A stretch of DNA of 52,403 nucleotides, the filler included, from Sphacelaria rigidula (taxonomy: Eukaryota): the NCBI GenBank assembly GCA_964200075.2. It is 4 parts of 4 records of this genome, joined end to end, with 100 filler letters (N's around TTAATTAATTAA, not from the genome) between each part and the next. Parts side by side here need not be neighbours in the genome. Positions count along the whole stretch, not along the records: positions 13,129 to 26,155 come from CAXNAA020003221.1; positions 26,256 to 39,281 come from CAXNAA020003222.1; 2 more parts are not named here. One strand, given 5' to 3'. The translations under genes were made by a program, and so were the position numbers. Within the stretch, counting starts at the first letter, position 1, and every line of letters starts with the position of its first letter. The notes under the pieces were generated by a model. It was not told the origin of the DNA. It did not search any database and was given only the letters and a program-made list of their open reading frames with translations. Below are positions 25,261-35,459 of this stretch, piece by piece.

Positions 25261-25649
25261 AAAAAAGAGTGTGTATCGTTATATTTACAAAGTCGATACG
25301 TTGAAAAATATGAGTGTAGCGCAGCAAGGCGGGCGCGCCGGACTAACGAACGAAGCGGACGGGGTACGCTGAGCGAGACCAAATTGCCCCCCCCCTCCGC
25401 GCTGGCTTGATTGCCCCGCTGGAAGCACGTCCAGAGCCATAGATTCAAAATTCGAGTACTTGAGCTTCATTTCCCATGCAACAAACAACACCAACAGGCT
25501 GGTCTTGATCAGTCAATGTTTGTGGGCTAAAAGGTCTATACATCGGATGCACTTGAAACAAAACGCTACCTCTAGCGCAAACGATGCACGAAAACAATTC
25601 TTGGGCTCACACAACTTTTTTTTCTCCTATTGCGGGGCCCGACGGGGAC

Positions 25650-26155
25650 GTGGGGGTCAGGGTGTACTCGTGATCTTGCATGCCGTAGTCATTTCATCAT
25701 TGACCTTGCATCCCTACAAAGCTGGGACGGAGCACGCCGGGTTTCGCCGGACCAGGCTCGCAATCAATCACCGAGCGCGAAGCGCCGCGATGCGTTTGGC
25801 AAGTGGCATGAAGGGTGAGCTGCATCTTGCTAAGATTGTTCGACCCGAAGCGCACCAGTTATGTTGGGATATGGATGTCAGCCCCCGATGAGTTGCTTCA
25901 TTTTCTGGCATCGCCACTTCTAGAGACAGCCACAGCTTCCACACTGCCTCATGGGTGTCTCAACCATCCGAACCCTACGTCGTATGATCATCTCCTTCAC
26001 GCGGAATTGAGGTCCTCCCACCCCGCACAAAATGATGTAGCTCGACTACCATCATGCTCGCGATGCGTTTGGCCAGTACTCAAACCAAGCGCGAAGCGCC
26101 GTGGTGTGTTCGGCGAGTCGCATGAAGGGTAAGCTGCATCCTGCCAAGATTGTTC
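25650..26155 (+). repeat. Repeat family R, tandem units (314-bp period)
   Basis: GCGCGAAGCGCC...GCATGAAGGGT.AGCTGCATC.TGC.AAGATTGTTC occurs at 25775 and again at 26089. Confidence 0.85.
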
Positions 26156-26255
26156 NNNNNNNNNNNNNNNNNNNNNNNNNNNNNNNNNNNNNNNNNNNNT
26201 TAATTAATTAANNNNNNNNNNNNNNNNNNNNNNNNNNNNNNNNNNNNNNNNNNNN
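26156..26255. other. Artificial contig linker
   Basis: N44-TTAATTAATTAA-N44. Confidence 0.99.
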
Positions 26256-26311
26256 CGAGTCATTGCTTGTTGTGGAAACAAATGAATAGGGCGAGCACTC
26301 GAGTCATTGCT

Positions 26312-26722
26312 GTACAGCGGTCGGTGTTGCAGCTAAGTGTGCATTCGCCCTAGGTGGCGCACGCAAGAGTAATAGGTCACCTCTTCCGCTATAATTCCTG
26401 CCTGTATCTTAAGCGGAGCTGTACGGTAGCACAGCCGCTATGGGGCGCAAGCCGGCTGTAACAATCCATACCGCGTGGAGATTTCTACACTGTCTTGAAG
26501 TCATATTGCGCGCAGTTCCCACTTTTGTACGAGTACTGTACACGTCGCGGAAGGCAATAGCTTCCATACTGTGCAAAGTACATGCTTTTTAAATTGTATA
26601 CGAGTACTGACTGTAGAAAGCTCTTGTCTAGGGTGTAATACATATCCATACATATCAGGCGGTGAGATCGTCAAATAATCCATAGAACATGGCCGGAGTG
26701 GAAGTGAGGTAATCACCGAAAT
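26312..26722 (-). mobile_element. Diverged internal fragment related to the 14682-15798 element
   Basis: Collinear with ~14790-15180. Shared blocks include GCGGAGCTGTA, ACAGCCGCTATGG, GTGGAGATTT, GTACTGACTGTAGAA and GAGATCGT. Confidence 0.75.
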
Positions 26723-27149
26723 ATTCCATACGTCGGACGGGCACGAGTGTCAATCGTGGCACTCGCATTCGTTGGGCTGCTCGTTGGCCGAAAAATTAAT
26801 AGGGCGAGCACTCGAGTCATCGCTCGTGGTGCAAAAAATAACAGGGCGAGCACTCGAGTCATTGCTCGTGGTGCAAAAAATGAATAGGGTGAGCACTCGA
26901 GTCATTGCTCGTTGTGGAAAAAACGATCAGGTCGAGCACTCGAGTCATTGCTCGTTGTGGAAAAATGAATTGGGCGAGCACTCGAGTCATCGCTCGTTGT
27001 GGCAAAAGGTGATGGCTGGAGCACACGAGTCATTGCTCGTTGTAAAAAAAAGTAAGGACTCGAGCGCACGAGTCATGCTCGTTGTGCTTTCGAAAAACAT
27101 CCACGGGTGCACTCGTTAAACGAGTGATGACTCGTCCGACGTATGGAAT
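26723..27149. mobile_element. TIR element with internal ~36-bp tandem array
   Basis: Perfect 17-bp TIR ATTCCATACGTCGGACG. Contains about 8 units of GGGCGAGCACTCGAGTCATTGCTCGT..AAAAA, and the same units occur at 26256-26311. Confidence 0.8.
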
Positions 27150-27290
27150 GTTGTGTAACCACGATTTAGTCGCTCTCAACCGTTGGGCCTTGTGTGAGAA
27201 AAAATCCCAGGTCGCTCCGAGAATAGAACCCCACGACCCAACCGTCAGAAGGTTTCGAAGTTACCAACTGAGCCACCGGGGCGACCGGAC
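27150..27290 (-). mobile_element. tRNA-derived SINE, 5' part
   Basis: Minus strand GCCCCGGTGGCTCAGTTGGTAAC...GGTTCTATTC. Confidence 0.8.
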
Positions 27291-27319
27291 AAACAGTATG
27301 GTATGAAAATCTTCATGCT

Positions 27320-27505
27320 GCCATACGATCATTCCCAAAACCAAATTTGCCGCGGATTTGTTTCACGTGCAAAAATCTGTCGGCCAAAGATCTGTTGCCA
27401 TAACATCCGGCCCAAGATCGTTCCCGAACCCAAATTTGTCGCGGATTTATTTCGCCAGGATTCAAAAATCTGTGGGCCAAAAATCTGTTGCCATACCATC
27501 TGGCC
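27320..27505. repeat. Two ~90-bp direct repeats
   Basis: CCAAATTTG.CGCGGATTT...CAAAAATCTGT.GGCCAAA.ATCTGTTGCCATA is duplicated. Confidence 0.8.
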
Positions 27506-27842
27506 TCATGGTTAGGGTTACATCTATGGGGGATGTAAGTTATGGAGTCGTAAGGGTTGGGATGGGTTTCATTGTTGTTTTGGGATTTTACGAACAAGAT
27601 AAGACTTTTAGGTGTATGGGTGTATCACTACTGGAATCTGTACAATTTTCATGAAACTGGCCATCATCATTCACTTCCAAGTCAAAATGATGCCGATTCA
27701 CAAAATTCAACAAACAAAAATCCGCACTTTAGTTCCCAAAGGGTTCGACCATGGGCAAAATATTTTGATACCATATAGATATGGGGTATACATGTTTTTA
27801 TATTCGGGTCGGAATGGGTTTTACGGTTGTTTGGCGGTTTCA

Positions 27843-28032
27843 GGCTGTGTCTTATAAAATTGTCTTCGACTCGAAAACGTACGGTGGAATCAAATTTGCT
27901 TTTACCTGATACGTCCACGGCATCCATGTCCTCAACCATCTGAGGAAATGAACAGCGTGGACAAATCAAGGACGAGTGAATTCGATTCGACCGCACGTTT
28001 TCGACACGAAAACAATTTGATAAGACATGGCC
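27843..28032. mobile_element. PIF/Harbinger (Tourist-like) MITE, 190 bp, TCA TSD
   Basis: TCA|GGCTGTGTCTTAT...ATAAGACATGGCC|TCA, with ~55-bp imperfect TIRs. Confidence 0.8.
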
Positions 28033-29009
28033 TCAGGGAAGACACTATACCACGAACCTCAAGTTCGAGATACAAGATGAAAATGAGAAATGCTGAAACA
28101 AAGGTTAAATCCAAGTAGTACGCTGGTCATCAGAATAGTTAAATCCAAGTAGTACGAGAGTCCGTCGGTGCAGTGGCACGATAACCTTAGCAACTTCGAC
28201 TTTGATATTGACCTCGATCACCATGTGGTTTCGTTATTGTTGGGAGCAATATATATCTTTACTATCCATAGTTGGGAGGTGTTGGGGGGGGGAGAGGGGG
28301 GGGGCAGGTAGCACACATGTCACATGTCCATACGATAAAGGGAGCAAGGCAGCCAGCCCCTCCGGCAAGGTCCCCCTAAAGCAGCTACGATGCCAGACTG
28401 TGGACAAGAAAAGAAAACGCCCAGCACCCAATCATAATGTAGGCACCTGCCCCAAGCCATACCAGGTGTAAACGGTGTGATGTGGTTTTCCGACTCTGTA
28501 CTCCTACTGATCACATATAAATGGTGAAAGTTCATGGGTTGCGGTAACCCTTTGACAGCGAGGATAGGTCATATGGTCATGCATTCACTTTTCAAGTGAA
28601 ATTGATGCCGATTCAATAGGTAACGAAGGCTCGCGGTCAACCGTTTGACCCCAAGGGTAGGTCATCTAGTCATGCACTCATTCTTCATTTTTCGAGTGAA
28701 AATGATGCTCATACGAGACTCTGCTCGTGGTCAAAGGATAACACCCCCCTTATCAAGAGTGAGGGGAAAAGTCAGTTGCGGCTATTCCGTCGGCCGCACA
28801 TACGGTGGGAACAGAGAAGCTGATATCATCCGACAGATCTCGTCGGGATGTAGAGGCCGCACGCTATTTGATAGCGGAGGACGTCCAACGTTCGAGAAGT
28901 CGACGGTGAAAAAATCATGACCGCAGAATGGCGGATTTCAGTAGGGGCCCCGTGCTGCATTTCGTGCGGCTGTCAGCTGTCAGTACCCACGGCATAGAGC
29001 GAGTTTACT

Positions 29010-30990
29010 GCTTACGCCCTGGTTCAAACGTCAGACCGATGACAACACTCCACGGTGTAACAAAATATACCGCTTCAGGAGTGTTTTCAACAAACTGGGT
29101 AAAACCGAAAAGCGGCCTGCGATTGCTGGCTGCACCGTTCAACACCAGTGTCCTTTGGATCGATGGACAGGTATGTACACAGTCAGCGTGTACTTGGCAT
29201 CGCAAAAAAATGTTGGTACTCCCCGAGAGACCTCTGTGGTATGTATCCACACCGCATCAGATCATTTGAAAAAGAAAGTGAAGACACCACGAACAGCGAT
29301 TTTGTTCGTTTCTACTTTCGGGCACTCACTCTGTTTCAATCGCTTCAACGAAAACAGACGAAACCTGCGATCGAAGATACACAGAAACTACCATGATCGC
29401 GTGCACCATAGTACGGAGTAGTGCAGCAGTGGGAGAGGTGTTCGCTATCGGCAAACGCTACCAGTAGCTGTAGCCAACACTCCATAGACGTACATTCTGT
29501 GTACAGGTATGTGAAACGGCTACCGAACGCTAGAGACGGAAAGAGACGAGGGTCACGAGGAAATACGAAATCAAACACAAGCCAGGAAGAGCGTTTTTGT
29601 GTCATGGGCACACCTAGCTCATGCACGGGAACAGAGAGTCATACATGCGAGCACACATATACACAAGAGTATTTATTTGGTCCTTCGACCCCTCTGTACG
29701 CATCGCTATGACGAGAGAACCCGTGCGTGCTTCGTGTGCTCGGTGCTCTGTCGGCCATCGTGACAACAAAAAATTGAATCGCTTTCATGACCGTAATCTA
29801 TACAGTTCGCGTGACGAAACACCACTCCACACACACCTTTTTTAGAGCGAACACGAATCAGCACTCCACGTTACTGTTGCCCTGCAGTGCTTCTAAATAC
29901 CCCTGAAAGTCTCTTTTTCTCAGCCTCCGCGTGCTCGCTCTCTGTACCGTTCAGCTGTCCAAATAGTTTGTGAACCGAGCGCTCTTCCCTTCCCAGGAGC
30001 AAGGGCCCCTCGCCAACTTTGAAACCGTCGAAGTATGTATCGAGCGGAATAGTTATCAACCAATAGAAACGGAGCGGTCGTGGATATTTACCTGGCTTGC
30101 GTCCCTGACTCCCTGACGCCTCCTGTGCCTGTTGTTCCGCGCAGTCATCATAAATGTTTACCCGCTACCCGGCAGTAGTACAAACACACACACATACAGG
30201 AAGTTGTGCTCCTCAGCATGCGGCTGTGATATAGATCAACGCAGCTTGTGTCTTACAAAGTCTCCTATATATATTTGTGCCAGGAGGAATCAGCTGCATA
30301 TGGTCGCCTGCAGAACCGGTATTGATATAGCTGATGTAGTTGTGCGCTAGGCACTGCTGTTCAATGTGTTGTGCTGTGCTCACTATATAGAAAATAGTGT
30401 AACGGACAGATCGCGCGAAAAGAGTATCAACACAAGGATACTCCAGGCGGCAGGTAAATTGAGTGTCCGTGCCCTACGCACAGTACGCAGAACCGTGCTG
30501 GACTGTCGCAATGTCGATGCGGGTAACTTATAGAGCACATACAACAAGGCACAGTGCCATCCTAAATTTTGTCCTGGTGCTCATATGGGTTGATCACACG
30601 GTGGATGGCACTCAGCATTTCGACTTCCCTAGTTTCATCTGTCTGCTCTGGTTTACCCATACGCCGTAACCCTTTCTCAATGAGCGCGACGATGTTGTTG
30701 CCCCGCAGCCGCGCCGACGAGCGCTACAACATTCTGTGTATAACAAGGCTTAGCAAACAGACGAAGATGATGGGGGACGCGTATAACCTAGTGTTTTCGT
30801 CTCCCTTCGCGACTAAACCGATCAGATTATGAAATCTGTGCCTCATTATCCACAATCCAGCGCCCCGCACCCTCGCTCTTGCTCCACTCTCCCCGAAGGA
30901 AGGTACAGCTTTTCGCCCGCGCGCGCCATGGATATTACATCACTACTACTGCGCATGATCGAGTGCTTTTCGTTTGAGCTGGACAACGCA
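29010..30990 (-). CDS. Possible multi-exon gene of unknown function
   Basis: AG/GT-bounded open segments: MARAGEKLYLPSGRVEQER (~30930-30871), KYPRPLRFYWLITIPLDTYFDGFKVGEGPLLLGREERSVHKLFGQLN (~30091-29948) and TLVLNGAASNRRPLFGFTQFVENTPEAVYFVTPWSVVIGLTFEPG (~29152-29015). Phases are not fully reconciled and no family was recognised. Confidence 0.3.
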
Positions 30991-31549
30991 ACACACTCGT
31001 AGCCAATCCCTGGGGAAGGACGTTCGGCACTAAGTGTACTACAGCAGGGTGCTGTCGACAACTGTAGCACAGGATAGATCTGTGCACCCTACGGTCGTGG
31101 TACAGCGCATTGCCTCTTCGCAGCGTCCATGAATAAACGCACAACCAAAGAGCGCCCCCTTAACATGCGGGTATGGCTCGATCCAAGTGGATGGCAAGTC
31201 TCTGAATTTCGCAGCTTCGCGGTGAGCAATCCAAACACGATGCGTTTGCTGCGGTGAAATTGGGCTTTTGATATTGGGATAAGCATTACACTGTGCGTAC
31301 AAGACAGCCGTGCACACACGGCTATTCACCTTGCTCTGGTAGCTATTTTCCTCGCGATTGCTTGACTCGTCGGCAGAATACCAAGGGAGAGGACGGTGAT
31401 CGGCCGGCGCGGAGAGGAGGACTGAATGGTTCGATTGCGCCTATGATATAAGCACGGACGAGCTGACGCAGCTCTCCTCCGCCATTATAATTGTATTGGA
31501 GATGAACGCAGTAGTTCTCAAGATCAACAATCAGTCACAACAACAGTAT

Positions 31550-31820
31550 GTCAACCGTTTGCCGCCAGGGTATGGGCAATTTGGGTCAATCCCGGCCCTC
31601 GAGGGGTTGACCCTTTCTTTCACCGCCGGGGTAGGTCATCTTGAATCGGCATCGCTTTCACTCGAAAAATGAACATGACACCAAGATCGCCCATTTTAGC
31701 GATCGAAGGGTTAACCGCTCGACGGCAATGGCGGGTCATCTGCTGAGTCGGCATCATTTTCACTTGAGAAATGGATCCAATCCCCAGGTGACACACCCTA
31801 GCCATCAACAGGTTAATTTC
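31550..31820. repeat. Dispersed repeat with GAATCGGCATCATTTTCACTTGAAAAATG core
   Basis: Related copies are at ~12180-12255, 27660-27700, 28545-28725 and 42465-42640. Confidence 0.65.
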
Positions 31821-33279
31821 TTCGAGGGCCCGCAGATGGCCACCTACAACCCAGTCTGACGATCATTGTTCAAGTAAAAATGATCCCAACAGATATGATA
31901 CGAGACACGCCTGGATGTGAATGATCTAACGGTCTCTCCTGGTTAGACGGCGTATTCGAGCTCCGAGACAACACCGCTGCAATGATGATAACCATATAGC
32001 GACACCAAAGTCAACGCAGGAACAAACGCAACATCGGTCCGACACACTCCCACCACCGCCGGTCGTCTAATATTACAAGTCAACCCCTGATATAGTACGC
32101 CGCGTACGAAAATAAACTCCGAAAACAAGTTCCGGGGACAGGAGGAATAGTATCGCTTCGAGCCACCACCAATCACGAACGAATGCGCAAACGGGGTAGG
32201 AAGTGCTAGGCAAGTGAAGCTGCATCGGCAAGCGAAGTAGTATGCAAACGACGGAGAAAGACAAGTCGAAGCGAAACACACTGGGGTCGCGTCACCGTCA
32301 CCGACTACACGAACATTCGTTCATTTGCTCACCGCCAAATTGAACCGATCGATGCTTCGAGACCCGCCACACGTAGTCGGTAGGACCTACACGTGCGTGG
32401 CGTGGAAAACAGACCCCAGTCTACACTGGATCACGGCTGCTACGTTACAACGGTCACGAAAACCACGACTGCTCCCACAGGTTGTGGAGATGGCTGCGTG
32501 GTCGCATATTTCAATGAAATTCGATTCAACGGCAACAGGCACCCGCCCCATGCCGGTGGTCTAATTAAAAATGCGACGTCAATATCCAGGTTAGTGTGCC
32601 CGGTTGCCAATACGAATCCCGACATATCCGGTCTTCTCAAGCAGAGGCTGGTCTCCGTGTTTGAAAGGTTGAGGACGCGAGAAACAAAAGCAAAACTGAA
32701 GAGAGTTGGCGGGTTGCCGAAGTGCTGGGAAAACTCTCGACAGCACAATGTCGAGCGGGTACCGGGGGAGAGACGGGTTGGTTGATCCCTAGTAGCTGTG
32801 GACGTGTCCCGAGGAAGCAGAATGGTCGAAAGTATGACGGGGGGCAGGGTGTACTCATTTGTTGCTTGCCTCAGTCGTTTGATCATTGACCACGCATCCT
32901 TTTCGAAATAGAGCACCGTTTCTACTACTCATTATGAGACACCTCCAACAATCGGGCGCTCAATACGCTTTCTTCCGTGCATCGCACAAAAATCATTGAC
33001 ATATTTTTTTCCCTTCCTGATTCGCCGTCTGCGATCACCATCTATCTCCTAGTGAGTAAAATAGCGATCGCTTTCTCGCTGCTGTCCAATGTATCAAACG
33101 TTTTCATGACCGGGAGGAGGCAAAAGTAGGGAGTACAGAGCTAGTTTGCTAACAGTGAGAGAGCTAGCGATCAAGGTTACAGTAACAACGGCGCGCAAAC
33201 GACGACCCACCACACCTCCCGGCCCCACAAACTCAATCACGTTCCCTTCTCCTAAATGCCGCTCCTCTCCGGGATTTAT

Positions 33280-33933
33280 TTACTCGTCGGGTTCCTTTGC
33301 CGCGTCCCCTAACCCGGAGTCCGCTTCGGCGTCCGCAAATACATCGTGGTAGTCGATACAATTTCGCATCTCCACGGTAGCGGCTACCAAATCATCCATG
33401 AGCTTCGTCCTCCTGGCTTCTTCCTCAATGTCCGGGTCGCCCCCTCGCTCCTCCCCATCTGCTTCCGCAGCACCCCTGTCTAACGACGCCTCCGGGGTTC
33501 CCGGAGATTCCCTCACCGCTGCTATAGCGCCCGTAGATGACGAGGTTTCCGTCTTTTCCGGTGTGCCCTCCGCAGCTCCAACAATAGGAGAAGCAGCAAC
33601 CTCTCCCAAGCCCCCTCTAGCAGGTTCGTCGGGGTTTTCAAATGAAGCCTCTTCAGCGGATGCACCAACATATTCACCACCTGCCCCTTCTTGCCCACTG
33701 CGGGGCTCGGCTGCCGCACCCGCTTCTCCTTGCTCGGGATCAGAGCCCTTCTGCGACTTGTCCAAGAGGTCGCTCAAGGCTTCCCACCTGATGGCCGGAG
33801 GAGGTGCCGACCAGTGCAGAAAACGATTGCGGAGAACGGTTAGGGATTCTACAAAAGGGGCAATTTTTTTCCCACGGATTCTCCCATTTTTTTTCGTAAA
33901 GCTGGACTTTTGTTGCCAGACTTTACCGAACAA
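33280..33933 (-). CDS. Acidic, low-complexity ORF (217 aa), unknown; possibly transposon-derived
   Basis: Long open frame with GC-rich, coding-like codons and an open antisense frame. No recognisable domain. Confidence 0.35.
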   Translation of the reverse strand: MFGKVWQQKSSFTKKNGRIRGKKIAPFVESLTVLRNRFLHWSAPPPAIRWEALSDLLDKSQKGSDPEQGEAGAAAEPRSGQEGAGGEYVGASAEEASFENPDEPARGGLGEVAASPIVGAAEGTPEKTETSSSTGAIAAVRESPGTPEASLDRGAAEADGEERGGDPDIEEEARRTKLMDDLVAATVEMRNCIDYHDVFADAEADSGLGDAAKEPDE

Positions 33934-34115
33934 AATAAGTGCTGTAAGAAAACTCCAACCCTACTATACAGTAGATTTCCGGAGAAATCTGTACTCAGTC
34001 TTGAATTCATCCATTACCTAATCTTGTTGGGAAATCCACTCTGATATCTTCCGGATTTTTTTTTTCTCTCTCCTCGAAACATTGGGAGATTTCGGGGGAA
34101 ATATCGACCCATCAA

Positions 34116-34395
34116 GGCCCCTTATTATCGACACCTGTTTTATCGGAGACCTCGGAAATTTTCGGCCCTGCCAGGGCACGTGATGACTCTCGAGTGCTTG
34201 CGAGCGAGTCACGGCATACACACAGAGCAGCTCCCCGAAGTGCTGGGTTGCAGTCCGAGTTTTTCAGGCTTTTCCGAAAATCAAGCTTCGGGGGTGAACT
34301 CAAGCCGCTTCGATTTCAGGTAGGTCTGAACGCAAAGTCCGGAAAGTTCGAAAAACTCTGACATCTCCAAAAAACAGTGTCGATAAAAATGGGCC
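34116..34395. mobile_element. PIF/Harbinger-like MITE, ~280 bp
   Basis: GGCCCCTTATTATCGACACCTGTTTT matches the right-end reverse complement GGCCCATTTTTATCGACACTGTTTT. Flanks are CAA/TAA. Confidence 0.75.
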
Positions 34396-35155
34396 TAAAA
34401 AGACCTGTTTCCAACAGGTGGAGTAGCTCGCGGAAGTTCTACTCTACGCACGTCTCTGCCAGCCGGCATCAGTAGTGAGTGCCCGGCCCGGCATTTGGAT
34501 AGTGCGCGAGCACGCCGCAGAGTTCTTCATGCATGGGGGGGTACACAACCGGGATTTTTAGGGTAGTAGTGGATGATCCCCTGCCAGGTGTCGCGATTGC
34601 AAGTGAGTTACTCACAATGGGGGAAAGCGTAAATGTTTTTGTCACAGACAGCCCGAAACGAACGATCATGGGCGTAGAGTACATGTTTGCGTTCGTGCAG
34701 GTAAACATCCGCTGTCCGCAGGCACGCCGTGCCTTTGGCGCCACCGCGCAGGCCAGGGACGGTGGAGGCTAAGCTCTGTGAGGTATGTCGGCCTATGCGA
34801 CGCACCTGGCACTTTACGCCACGTAATCAACACACAAGGCAGCTGATCGAACCAGCGAAGAACCATTGCGATAATGTATGCGCTATAATAAATACCTCGG
34901 AACTATTGGCAGAATATCAGAAATTGCGCATGCCAGCCACTAAAATGAGTCGGCATTTTTTTGTTTCCGTTACACGTCTAACCCCCCTCCTCCCCTTCCT
35001 CGGGACCAGCCCGTGGTCTGTCTCTGGGGATCAACCCATCTCCCCCCTGGGACGGTACACGCCTAGCATTTTGGACTCGCAGATTGATTGGACCATGACT
35101 ATAAGCACGCCCCCCGCACTGCGTCGACTCTCGTAAAACAAACTCAGTCATCTCA

Positions 35156-35459
35156 CTTATAACAACGTTTTCGTTAAATTGAGTTGAAGGTATCATTGAG
35201 AGTGAAAAACGGTAAATTCGTGAACAAGCCGTTTTAGTTCCGAAATGCACCTCCACCAGGCCAAATATTTTCTCTGCAGTAGCTTGCCACTGAGGCCCTC
35301 GATACCTGAGTACGATATCAACGTGTAGCTATAAGCACATGGCAGTGATGAGACGAAGAAAAGCACACACGGAATGAAAAATTGCCCAAGTTAAAGGGAA
35401 TGATCAAAGCCACTCAATCCGCACCCAACTCGCAATCTCACGAAAACCTTGTTATATAC
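35156..35459. mobile_element. Second copy of the 2841-3149 MITE (opposite orientation)
   Basis: Collinear homology, for example TAGCTTGCCACTGAGGCCCT vs AGGGCCTCAGTGGCAAGCTA. Confidence 0.8.

Noticed and set aside
26790..27090. CRISPR-like array of palindromic repeats
   Set aside because: The linkers are only ~10-12 nt, A-rich and similar to each other. There are no cas genes, and the array is enclosed by TIRs in eukaryotic DNA.
27882..27938. Apparent exon MVEDMDAVDVSGKSKFDST with AG/GT borders
   Set aside because: It lies inside a 190-bp Tourist-like MITE and overlaps its TIR.
33398..34021. 207-aa plus-strand ORF
   Set aside because: It is an S/P/A-rich antisense shadow of the 33280-33933 minus-strand ORF.
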